NCBI GenBank assembly: GCA_964486505.1
Contig: CAZAMC010000002.1
Coordinates: 1,656-65,655, forward strand
Direction: 5' to 3'
DNA: 64,000 bases
DNA from: an uncultured Gammaproteobacteria bacterium
GTDB taxonomy: Bacteria; Patescibacteriota; Patescibacteriia; PEXW01
Shown piece after piece: positions 1 to 7,892 of this stretch. The first letter of the stretch is position 1; every line of letters begins with the position of its first letter. Made by a program: the position numbers and the translations under genes. The notes below the pieces were generated by a model. The model made no database searches. It was not told the origin of the DNA and worked only from the letters and a program-made list of their open reading frames with translations.

Positions 1-1
1 G

Positions 2-1012
2 TGGGACGCATTTGTGCTGTCGCAACGTCGAACGCCTTTTCAGCAAATGTGGCTGTGGGGAGAGTTCCAGCGGCAGATTGGGGCGGAAGTCCTGCGGTGG
101 GCAGTTGTTTCGGGCTCGCGCATCATTGGCGTCGCGCAAGTTCTCCACGAACCGTGGCGGTTTGGGCAATCTACTCTCACTGGTTTCCACGCACCCGTGG
201 TGGACGTTGCCTTACCGGTGGCGCAGTACCAAGCGGCCCTCGGCATGATGGTGAAGGCACTGGCGGAAGAGGCGAAACGGCGCAAAGTTATTTCTCTTCA
301 CTTAGAGCCGCCCATCGAACTTTGTAATGAAGCGTTGTTCAAAGGCCTCGAAGTGTCGTTGAAACTCCGTCGCGCGGCAGCCTTCCAGCCCTTGGATACA
401 CTCATGCTTGATCTCCGTCACTCCGCGGATAGGTTGTTGGGTGCCATGCACGAAAAAGCTCGGTACAATATTCGTCTGGCTGAACGGAAAGGTGTGCGCG
501 TGGACGTTGCGAGTGCCACGAACCGCAGTGACGCCCTCGAAACGTTCATCCAGTTAAATTTACAGACGGCAAAACGTGATCGTTTCCAGAGTCACGGCCC
601 CGGGTACTACCGTCGGCTTGCCGAGTTCCTGCCACCGGACATCCTGCGCGTGTACGTGGCGTACTACCAAGACCAACCCATCGCCGCCAACCTTGTTATC
701 CACGCTGGTGATACGGCGACCTACGTCCATGGCGCATCGGGGAACGCTCATCGCAACGTCATGGCCCCGCACCTGCTACAGTGGCGTCAGATTTTGGAAG
801 CTCAGCTTGCCGGCAACCAGTGGTACGACTTCTTCGGCATAGAGACAGCCGCCCGGCCTCGCGCCAGCAAGCAAGGCGCCAGTTGGGCCGGGATTACGCG
901 CTTTAAGCTGGGGTTTGGCGGGCTCACGGTTTCATACCTGCCCGCGTACGAGTTGCTAGTCCGGCCTGGTTGGTATAGGCTGGTGCGTGCAGCTCGCATT
1001 CTTCGTCGTTAA
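2..1012 (+). CDS. FemABX/MurM-family lipid II aminoacyltransferase (peptidoglycan bridge formation), 5' truncated by window edge
   Basis: Frame is open from position 2 (WDAFV...QMWLWGEFQ). FemAB motifs: LDL...M.EKARYNIRLAERKGV, YVHGAS, APHLLQW, YDFFG, GITRFKLGFGG. Confidence 0.9.
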   Translation, partial: WDAFVLSQRRTPFQQMWLWGEFQRQIGAEVLRWAVVSGSRIIGVAQVLHEPWRFGQSTLTGFHAPVVDVALPVAQYQAALGMMVKALAEEAKRRKVISLHLEPPIELCNEALFKGLEVSLKLRRAAAFQPLDTLMLDLRHSADRLLGAMHEKARYNIRLAERKGVRVDVASATNRSDALETFIQLNLQTAKRDRFQSHGPGYYRRLAEFLPPDILRVYVAYYQDQPIAANLVIHAGDTATYVHGASGNAHRNVMAPHLLQWRQILEAQLAGNQWYDFFGIETAARPRASKQGASWAGITRFKLGFGGLTVSYLPAYELLVRPGWYRLVRAARILRR

Positions 1013-1016
1013 GCGT

Positions 1017-1313
1017 ATGGAAGGCGAACGAACGTCTAGCCCAGAAGTCACTTCCCCGTTCCTCCGGGTGGAGTTTGATGGAGAGCACAAGCTCTTCGTG
1101 AAGGAGTGCACGGCCTGTGGCCAGGAGTTCCGCACCGGCGTACCGCGGAAGTTTTTCCGCAACCCCGACGATGCGTCTACACAGCTCGCCGTGAATGGCG
1201 GTGGGACAATTGACGGGTACGATTCCATTCGGGCCGCCGATGTCGAACGGCACATCCTGGAGACAACGTGCCCCGACACGAAGCGGAATGCCGCCGCCGA
1301 ACAGCACGTATGA
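1017..1313 (+). CDS. Hypothetical 98-aa protein, possible Zn-binding (CxxC...HxxxxxC)
   Basis: ATG 4 nt after the upstream stop; its TGA overlaps the ATG of the next gene (ATGA); contains CTAC and HILETTC. Confidence 0.65.
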   Translation: MEGERTSSPEVTSPFLRVEFDGEHKLFVKECTACGQEFRTGVPRKFFRNPDDASTQLAVNGGGTIDGYDSIRAADVERHILETTCPDTKRNAAAEQHV

Positions 1314-2035
1314 TTCAAACCGTTGTCATTTCTGCCGCGGGCAAGGGCACCCGCATGAAGGAGCTGGCTAAAGACAAGCCCAAGCACATGATTGAAGTGA
1401 ATGGGAAGCCGTTTTTGTGGTACTTGTTAGAGAACTTGCGTACGGCGGGCTACGAAAAAATCGTCGTGGTTGTTGGGCACTTGAGCCAGCATATCGAGGA
1501 GTTTGTGCGGACGTACCCCCACCCCATTACTATTGTCAATCAATTTGCCGTGATGGGAGAAGACCGGTACGGCACCGCCATTCCTGTCATGGCCGCGCGG
1601 GAAGCAGTGAATGGCCATCCATTCTTGGCGCTCTACGGTGACAACCTGTACTCTGTCCGTGACCTGAGAGCAATGAACCACGATGACGGCCGCTGCTACG
1701 TGGGGGCTTTACACCGTGAGGACTACCAGAAGTACGGCGTGCTCATTCCCGATGGCGAAGGGAAGCTACAGGAGATCATTGAGAAGCCAGACCATGACGT
1801 GGGGTCCAAGCTCATCAATACGGGTTTGTTTGTCTTTACCTCAGAAATCTTTGGGGCGTGCGATCGCGTGCAACCCACGCCGCCGAAGAATGAGTACTAC
1901 CTCACGGACGCGGTCACCGAACTCTCACGACAAGGGAAGGTGCACATCCAGACGATTCAAGACTACTGGAAAGATTTTGGCTCGCCCGACGACGTTGGGA
2001 CGGTGAGCCGCTTTTTGCAAGAGCACGGCCGATGA
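1310..2035 (+). CDS. Sugar-phosphate nucleotidyltransferase (NTP_transferase family)
   Basis: VISAAGKGTRM...KPKHMIEVNGKP, YGD, YGVL, EKP, INTGLFVF, EYYLTDAV, WKDFG motifs. Confidence 0.9.
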   Translation: MIQTVVISAAGKGTRMKELAKDKPKHMIEVNGKPFLWYLLENLRTAGYEKIVVVVGHLSQHIEEFVRTYPHPITIVNQFAVMGEDRYGTAIPVMAAREAVNGHPFLALYGDNLYSVRDLRAMNHDDGRCYVGALHREDYQKYGVLIPDGEGKLQEIIEKPDHDVGSKLINTGLFVFTSEIFGACDRVQPTPPKNEYYLTDAVTELSRQGKVHIQTIQDYWKDFGSPDDVGTVSRFLQEHGR

Positions 2036-3465
2036 GCCCGCTCGTTGAATCATTTTCTGGCATTCGGGGGGTATGGGGTGAAGGCCTCACGGAGGACGTT
2101 TGCCGTCGGTATGGTTTTGCTTACGGGCAATGGGTAACCCGGCAGCACGCGAATGCGTCCATCGTCATTGGGGCGGACACGCGTCCATCTCGGCCGTACG
2201 TCAAGCGCGCACTAGAAGCTGGCCTCACTGCCGCGGGGGTGGCCGAGCTCATTGACGTTGGCATCCTTTCTACACCGGCCACCGAACATGCCGTGCGGGC
2301 CTTTGGCGCAGCCGGAGGCGTGATGATTACTGCTTCGCACAATCCCGCAGAGCACAATGGCTTTAAATTCTTGCAGTCCTCAGGCGCCATTATCAGCGCC
2401 ACTGATGCCGCCTCGATTATAGCGGCAAGCCGTCAACCTGCGCCGTTGGTGGGGAGCCGGCATATGGGCATCTCCGACCGGCGAGGGGAGGCGATTGCGG
2501 CGTACCTCGCGCACTTAGAGGTTTCCACCGGGCTCACGCGCGAGGACGTGGAAGGATTTCACGATCGTATCCTCTTTGATTTTAATGGTGGAGCAGGCTC
2601 TGAACCCGGGATTGCCTTTGCCAAAGAGTGGTCAATTCCGGCGGATTTCTTCCACGAGTTGCCCAGTGACTACTGGCGAGCCATGGAGCCAAACGCCTCG
2701 AGCTTGGCGCCACTCGCGCATACACTGGCCGATCAAGGCCTGGCATTTGCGTGCGCCTTTGACTGTGATGCGGATCGAATGGAGTTGGTGCTCCCCGCCA
2801 CGAGCGCGTTTGCGCGAGCACACAGCACTCCGGTTGTGTCGGGTCAGTACGTCCTTGGTTTGGTGGTCCGCGCCCTCCTGGAGACAAATCCCGATGTGCG
2901 GAGCTTGCCAGTTGTCACGAACGACGCCACGTCACAGCTCATAGCTGAAATTGCGAAAGCCTATGGTACGCCTACAGAAGAAGTTGAAGTGGGTGAAACC
3001 AATGTCGTAACGCGTATGCTGGAACGGGGGAGTATAGTTGGCGGGGAAGGTTCCAGCGGGGGGAGTATTGTTTCGCCTGGGCAGTGTCGGGACGGTTTGC
3101 AAGCGCTGGGCATCATCATCAAGTACCTTGCGCTGCGTAAACAGACGTTGGATGAGGCGCTGGCTTCGCTACCGAAGTTCACGACGTTGGCGGTGAAAAT
3201 GCAGTGCCCGGGGGAGAAGCAGCTGGCAGTCCGGCGCGGCTTGATTGCGGCGTACCAGAATACCGGCGCACGTGTGGTCACGAGCGGTGGCGACGATGGC
3301 GGTGTCAAAGCCTGGGTGTCAGCCGATACCTGGGTGTGGTTCCGGGCTTCGAAGACGGAACCAGGGCTGTTCCGCTGCATTGCCGATGCAAAGGAGTCGG
3401 CGACCGCCGAGGACTTGCTCGCGGAGGCGAAAGTAGTGTTTGATACAGTAGCTGCAACAGCGTAG
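2032..3465 (+). CDS. Phosphohexomutase (phosphomannomutase/phosphoglucosamine mutase)
   Basis: SGIRG, DTRPS, catalytic TASHNP, metal loop FDCDADR, GGEGS, RASKTEP. Confidence 0.9.
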   Translation: MSPLVESFSGIRGVWGEGLTEDVCRRYGFAYGQWVTRQHANASIVIGADTRPSRPYVKRALEAGLTAAGVAELIDVGILSTPATEHAVRAFGAAGGVMITASHNPAEHNGFKFLQSSGAIISATDAASIIAASRQPAPLVGSRHMGISDRRGEAIAAYLAHLEVSTGLTREDVEGFHDRILFDFNGGAGSEPGIAFAKEWSIPADFFHELPSDYWRAMEPNASSLAPLAHTLADQGLAFACAFDCDADRMELVLPATSAFARAHSTPVVSGQYVLGLVVRALLETNPDVRSLPVVTNDATSQLIAEIAKAYGTPTEEVEVGETNVVTRMLERGSIVGGEGSSGGSIVSPGQCRDGLQALGIIIKYLALRKQTLDEALASLPKFTTLAVKMQCPGEKQLAVRRGLIAAYQNTGARVVTSGGDDGGVKAWVSADTWVWFRASKTEPGLFRCIADAKESATAEDLLAEAKVVFDTVAATA

Positions 3466-3494
3466 GCACCCGTTGTCCAACAATAATAATTTTT

Positions 3495-3570
3495 GCGCCC
3501 GTAGCTCAATGGATAGAGCGTATGGTTCCGGTCCATAAGGTTGGGGGTTCGATTCCCTTCGGGCGCACCA
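3495..3570 (+). tRNA. tRNA-Arg(CCG)
   Basis: Cloverleaf: acceptor GCGCCCG/CGGGCGC-ACCA; anticodon arm TATGG-TT-CCG-GT-CCATA; T-loop GGTTCGATTCC; encoded CCA. Confidence 0.97.
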
Positions 3571-3604
3571 AAAGTTCCCGTACCAATTAGGTACGGGAAC
3601 TTTT
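3571..3604 (+). terminator. Perfect 14-bp hairpin with T-tract directly after tRNA-Arg
   Basis: AAAGTTCCCGTACC-aatta-GGTACGGGAACTTT(T). Confidence 0.75.
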
Positions 3605-3612
3605 ATGAGAGC

Positions 3613-3679
3613 GGGAATCGAACGGGTGCGACCCTAGGGAGCACCCCGGCCCGGAGGGCGATTCCCTTCGGGCGCACCA
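3613..3679 (+). repeat. Duplicated tRNA-Arg 3' end plus inverted T-arm copy
   Basis: 3659-3679 CGATTCCCTTCGGGCGCACCA is identical to 3550-3570; 3613-3623 GGGAATCGAAC is the reverse complement of the T-arm 3547-3557. Confidence 0.9.
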
Positions 3680-3813
3680 GCTCGTTTCGCGGTCACAGTT
3701 CCGCGTGACGCGGCTTTGCCGCATCCCGCTCCACCGTTCCCGCGAAGCCTCGCTAAGCCCCAACGGCGCGTGCTCGTCGCTTCGCTCCTGTGCGCCACAC
3801 CGTTGGGGACCCC
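3680..3813 (+). repeat. tRNA-3'-attached structured palindromic element, copy 1
   Basis: Shares ATCCCGCTCC, CCCC..AACG / TCGCTTCGCTCC / CGTTG..GGGACCCC and stem layout with 54886-55011 (minus). Confidence 0.75.
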
Positions 3814-3834
3814 GGTACTGCAAGTCACATCTGG

Positions 3835-3864
3835 GTGACGCGGCTTTGCCGCATCCCGCTCCAC
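3835..3864 (+). repeat. 30-bp direct repeat of 3705-3734
   Basis: GTGACGCGGCTTTGCCGCATCCCGCTCCAC is identical at both positions. Confidence 0.9.
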
Positions 3865-3892
3865 GTTCGTGGGGCCCTACGGTAACTACGAA

Positions 3893-3922
3893 TAAAGCCC
3901 AACCGGTGAGGGTTGGGCTTTA
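3893..3922. terminator. Bidirectional intrinsic terminator downstream of prs
   Basis: TAAAGCCCAACC-ggtgag-GGTTGGGCTTTA. Confidence 0.75.
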
Positions 3923-3927
3923 ACGTG

Positions 3928-4869
3928 CTAGTCTTCTTCGCAAATATCAAGGATGGTATTTGCGATCATTGGGGCCAGGGAGAGCACCTGGATTTTTGAA
4001 TCATCACGTTTTTCCCACGGCAGGTAGATTGAATCCGTGATGTACACTTTCGTGATGAAGGGGCGATCTTCGATGCGGTGCACGGCATTGGCTGACAGTA
4101 CGCCGTGCGTAGCCATGTAGGTCATGTCTAGCGCGCCGAGGCGCTCCAAGAGGTCGGCGTTCTCCGTTAACGTGCTCGCCGTGGCGACTTCATCGTCTTT
4201 GCCCAAGACGTGTTTGTCTTTCACGTCGCCTTCGAGGCTCTCGATAGTCGTCTTCTCGTGCTCGGGGTGAACCTTGGCCGCACGGACCAAAGTGAGCTTG
4301 AGCTCAGCGGCCATCCGTTCACAACTGTCGTGACGGCCACGGTCCGGCTGCAAGAACACCCAGTTTTTCAGCTGACGGCCACGGAGGACGTCCATGAAGA
4401 GCGGGTCAGGGTTGATGTGGTAGACTCTCAGCCCCGCGCTCTCGAAGTGCTTAATTGTATCCGGGTGGTGGATGTCCACCAGAATAACGTCGGTGGCACC
4501 CGCACAGGCCATGAAGTCTGCCATGAGTTCGGACATGACCGCTTCGCCGCCACTCTGATCGCGCTCCTGTCGGCGGAAGCCCATGAAGGGCATAACCGCG
4601 ATGAGGCGCTTGGGTTTACGCTTGCTCAAAGGGCGGGTGAGGCCCCACAGGTCAAAGTAGGACTTCGTCGCCGGGCTGGCGGTTGAGTTGATAACCACCG
4701 CGACGTTCTCGGGTCCAATCTTTTCGTGGTTCAGTATGCGGTACCAGGGCTCGAGGTCAGCGAATTCTTTTATTCGATTCTGTCCCCGCTGAATGCTGAG
4801 GTGCCGGCAGACATCTTGGGCGAGCTTATGGCTCTCCCGGCCACAGAAAACGATAGGTGAATTTTTCAA
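3928..4869 (-). CDS. prs: Ribose-phosphate pyrophosphokinase (divergent)
   Basis: FADLE, MPFMGFRRQER, VDIH, PDRG, KDDEVATASTL, ATHGVLS, ITDSI; TTG start with AAGGAG SD. Confidence 0.88.
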   Translation of the reverse strand: MKNSPIVFCGRESHKLAQDVCRHLSIQRGQNRIKEFADLEPWYRILNHEKIGPENVAVVINSTASPATKSYFDLWGLTRPLSKRKPKRLIAVMPFMGFRRQERDQSGGEAVMSELMADFMACAGATDVILVDIHHPDTIKHFESAGLRVYHINPDPLFMDVLRGRQLKNWVFLQPDRGRHDSCERMAAELKLTLVRAAKVHPEHEKTTIESLEGDVKDKHVLGKDDEVATASTLTENADLLERLGALDMTYMATHGVLSANAVHRIEDRPFITKVYITDSIYLPWEKRDDSKIQVLSLAPMIANTILDICEED

Positions 4870-4995
4870 GGGAGCTCCTTCTTTTCGAGTCGGGTTTATT
4901 TCTCTAAGCCCCCCACCTTACGCCACGAATATTCTTCTTGTCAACCGAAAACCCCGCCGGCGGGGCGGGGCTCACATGGTGATTGGGGAGCGGGG

Positions 4996-6873
4996 TTACG
5001 TCCCACTACTATGGTTCAGGACCATACGGTCGCGGGTGTTGAAGATCGAGAGGACGCGCAGCCGGCTGAGGTTTGACCCATTGAAGATGGTGAGCTTCGG
5101 TTGTACGGGCGCGCCGTAGCTGGCCACAATGTCGGCCCGGCCATCCCCATTGGCATCAACTGTGGACAGGCGCACGCCGCCTCGCTCCGCAGCGCGGAAG
5201 AGGTTTGTATCCCGGCGAATTTGGTTGATGCTGCTGCCACGGAGAACAAAGATCCGCAGGGTGGGTGCAGCATTGGTGCGGGGGCCAACGAGGATCTCTT
5301 GCGTTCCATCATTGCTCAGGTCACCGGCCGCAAGGCTCACCCCAGTCCGGCTCGGCAGTGCGTTCGCCCGGCTCGCAAGCTGTCGCATACTCCCACTGCG
5401 CAGGCCAAATACCCGGATGGTAGCTGCCTCACTTCCACGCGGACCCGTAATGACTTCATCCTTCCCATCACCATTCAGATCACCAGCTGCCAGGCTCACC
5501 CCCGTGGTTACTTGTGCACCGAACTCTCGGTACACTTGAGTAAAGCGCCCATTGCGATACCCGAAGACACGGACATTGGCGCTGCCCTTCTGCTTGGCCA
5601 CGATTATTTCCATGGGCCCGTCACCGTTGACGTCAGCAACAGCGACGTTAAGGCCATCCCGGTAGGCGGTGCCGTAGGGGAGGAAGCTGTTAATGCTCGA
5701 GCCATCCTGTCGGAAGAGCCGTATTTCACCTCGACGTCCACTTCCCGGGGCCACGACAATCTCATCGCTGCCATCATCCCCCAAGTCAGCAACGGCAGTA
5801 CTCACCCCGCCGCGGAACGTCGTTTCGAAGGCCACGAAGTCTTTTAGTAATTGCCCGGTGGTCGTGTAGGTGCGCACGCGCGGTTGACCACCGCGTTCCA
5901 CGCCCACCGCAATGAAGGAGCGCAGTTGGACGGTGAACGTTGTTGTGGCGGGCGAGGGGTCAATGTTCCCTGCCGCGTCGCGAGACCGCACGCTAACCGT
6001 GTGGCGACCATTCGATAAGTCGCGGAGGGCCACTTGGTTGTTCAGTGTCCAGCCGGACCACGCCCGGTTGTCGAGGCGGTAGCTAAATTGCAGCCGATCT
6101 GGATCGGTGGCATCGTCTACACCGTCCCACGTGAAGACAAAGCGCGGTGTAGTTTGGGTGCTGGTCGGTGCGCTAGTGATTACCGTGTTGGGGGCGACAG
6201 CATTGGCATCCACCGAGCGACCGTCAGGGAGCGTGGTAGTGCCGTCAGCGTTCACTGTGCAGGTTCGACTGAGTGCGGGGCGGTTACTGGTGCCGCCACA
6301 GTTGGACTGGTCTGCGCAGGTGCGCGTCTGCTGGCCACTCGTGCACGCACTCCACTCTTCACAGCGCCAGTTCTCTACACAGATTGGAATCGAAAGGGTC
6401 GCCGTGGTTTTCGTAGCGATGTTTGAGAGGGTCGAGGTGTTCCCGGCATCGTCGGTGGTTTTGAGGCCAAAGGAGTACGTGGTATTTGGCTGCAGGCCGG
6501 TTACCTGGAACGACTCAGCTTGGCCAGCTCCTTGAGGGCTGGGCTCACCAACAACCGCAGTAGCAAAGCCCCACGTGGACTCATTCAGCGTCGCCGTGCT
6601 GTAGCGGATGTCGTAGCTAGTGGCTTGTCCAGTGGCGCCATCATCGCCAGGAGCAGTCCAGGTGAGCACGACGCTATTCGTGGCATCGCTGGCCGCTGCC
6701 TGAACATTCGCGATGCCAAAGTCGCTGGGCTGGTCTGCCGAGCTCATCACCCAAAACGCAAAACCTGCCAAACCGCTAAATATGGCTAGGACTGCAGTCC
6801 CTACTACGGAGTGGATTTTCTGGGCGGTTTTTTCTCGGACGTCTATTTCCGAGAGGGCTACCATTGGTCTCAT
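4996..6873 (-). CDS. Membrane-anchored surface protein: FN3 domain, Cys-rich TSP1-like module, Ig-like domain, C-terminal FG-GAP/VCBS repeats
   Basis: N-terminal TM; LTWTAPGDDG...YDIRYS...GLQPNTTY; CVENWRCEEWSAC...QTRTC; repeated AGDLNGDGKDEV. Confidence 0.85.
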   Translation of the reverse strand: MRPMVALSEIDVREKTAQKIHSVVGTAVLAIFSGLAGFAFWVMSSADQPSDFGIANVQAAASDATNSVVLTWTAPGDDGATGQATSYDIRYSTATLNESTWGFATAVVGEPSPQGAGQAESFQVTGLQPNTTYSFGLKTTDDAGNTSTLSNIATKTTATLSIPICVENWRCEEWSACTSGQQTRTCADQSNCGGTSNRPALSRTCTVNADGTTTLPDGRSVDANAVAPNTVITSAPTSTQTTPRFVFTWDGVDDATDPDRLQFSYRLDNRAWSGWTLNNQVALRDLSNGRHTVSVRSRDAAGNIDPSPATTTFTVQLRSFIAVGVERGGQPRVRTYTTTGQLLKDFVAFETTFRGGVSTAVADLGDDGSDEIVVAPGSGRRGEIRLFRQDGSSINSFLPYGTAYRDGLNVAVADVNGDGPMEIIVAKQKGSANVRVFGYRNGRFTQVYREFGAQVTTGVSLAAGDLNGDGKDEVITGPRGSEAATIRVFGLRSGSMRQLASRANALPSRTGVSLAAGDLSNDGTQEILVGPRTNAAPTLRIFVLRGSSINQIRRDTNLFRAAERGGVRLSTVDANGDGRADIVASYGAPVQPKLTIFNGSNLSRLRVLSIFNTRDRMVLNHSSGT

Positions 6874-6971
6874 AGTTTTTATTTTCTAAATGTATTTTAG
6901 CATTTATTTATGCTTTTGTCAAAGCTGCGTAATCGCGCTACCGTACAAGTGTCGCACTAACTACTACGACC

Positions 6972-7205
6972 ATGCCCACGATCCACAATCACACGGTTGA
7001 CGGTGACCAGTACGGCCTGCGCGTACTGCGTCAGCTCGATGACAGCGAAGCGGACGTTCTGTTCGAACATGCGAAACGCCACCATGAAGCGGACTTCGAG
7101 GGGACCATTGAAAACAAGCGCATGAACTTCAAGCTCAAGCGTGATAGTGACGGCAGCTGGACCGTGGAAACCGAGGGCCGCGAGACGAAGTCGGGGTGGT
7201 TTTAA
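6972..7205 (+). CDS. Hypothetical 77-aa protein, in operon with the translin-family gene
   Basis: ATG start, protein-like composition, ends 4 nt before the next ATG. Confidence 0.7.
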   Translation: MPTIHNHTVDGDQYGLRVLRQLDDSEADVLFEHAKRHHEADFEGTIENKRMNFKLKRDSDGSWTVETEGRETKSGWF

Positions 7206-7209
7206 GCCC

Positions 7210-7773
7210 ATGAGCCTCTTCCACCGCATAGCAAAAGACCTGCGGAAGCAGCGCGACGTGCGCGAAGTTGTCTTCCGTCAAACCCGCGAAGCTCTGCAGC
7301 AGTCCAAATTGGCGATTTTCGCCGTGCACCGCAATGACGACGACGGCGCGCGGAAGCAAGTTGAGCAAGCCGGGAAGCAGCTTGAGAAGCTACAGCAGCA
7401 GCTCAAAGGTAATGCGCGCTTCCTCAACGACGGCAACCTCTTAGCGGCGCTAGAAGAATTTGGCGAAGCCTGGCTGGTGGTGGAATTTGCGCGGGGCAAG
7501 AAGCTGGCATTCCCCAAGCGCCCCGCCCTCGCCCCCGAGCAGCAAATTGGCGCCCTCGCCGATTTCACGGGAGAGCTGTCTCGACGCGCCGTCCTCAAGG
7601 CCACCGAGCGCAAGCTCAAGGATGTGGAGAAGATCTACAAAACTGTGAGTGACGTCGTGCGCCACCTGGCAGAAGCTGACCTCACTGGCCAAGCGCGGCA
7701 GAAGGCTGACGAAGCAAAGCGTAACCTCAAACGAATCGAAGAGATCCGCTACGAGTTGAGCTTGCGGCAATAA
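7210..7773 (+). CDS. Translin/TRAX (C3PO) family protein
   Basis: RE..R...SKLAIFAVHR, ALEEFGEA (cf. QEYVEA), GALADFTGELSRRAV, RQKADEAKRNLKRIEEIRYELSLR. Confidence 0.88.
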   Translation: MSLFHRIAKDLRKQRDVREVVFRQTREALQQSKLAIFAVHRNDDDGARKQVEQAGKQLEKLQQQLKGNARFLNDGNLLAALEEFGEAWLVVEFARGKKLAFPKRPALAPEQQIGALADFTGELSRRAVLKATERKLKDVEKIYKTVSDVVRHLAEADLTGQARQKADEAKRNLKRIEEIRYELSLRQ

Positions 7774-7859
7774 GAAAGGGCAGCGGTCTGGCGCGCTGCC
7801 CTGCAGAAAGGAGGTGGCCATCCGTGGCCGGTTGCGATCCCCGCGATTGGGTTTGTCTT
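7770..7859 (-). ncRNA. Candidate ~90-nt sRNA carrying an anti-Shine-Dalgarno sequence
   Basis: Extended -10 TGaTATACT (7866-7874, minus); CACCTCCTTTCT (7805-7816); 9-bp terminator stem 7777-7802 followed by TTCTTATT. Confidence 0.45.
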
Positions 7860-7892
7860 GCTCTCAGTATATCACGAGCGTGCTAGGATACT

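Noticed and set aside
3550-3864. CRISPR array or prophage attachment site at the tRNA-Arg repeats
   Set aside because: Only two copies of each repeat, 109-130 bp apart with structured spacers; no cas genes or integrase in the window.
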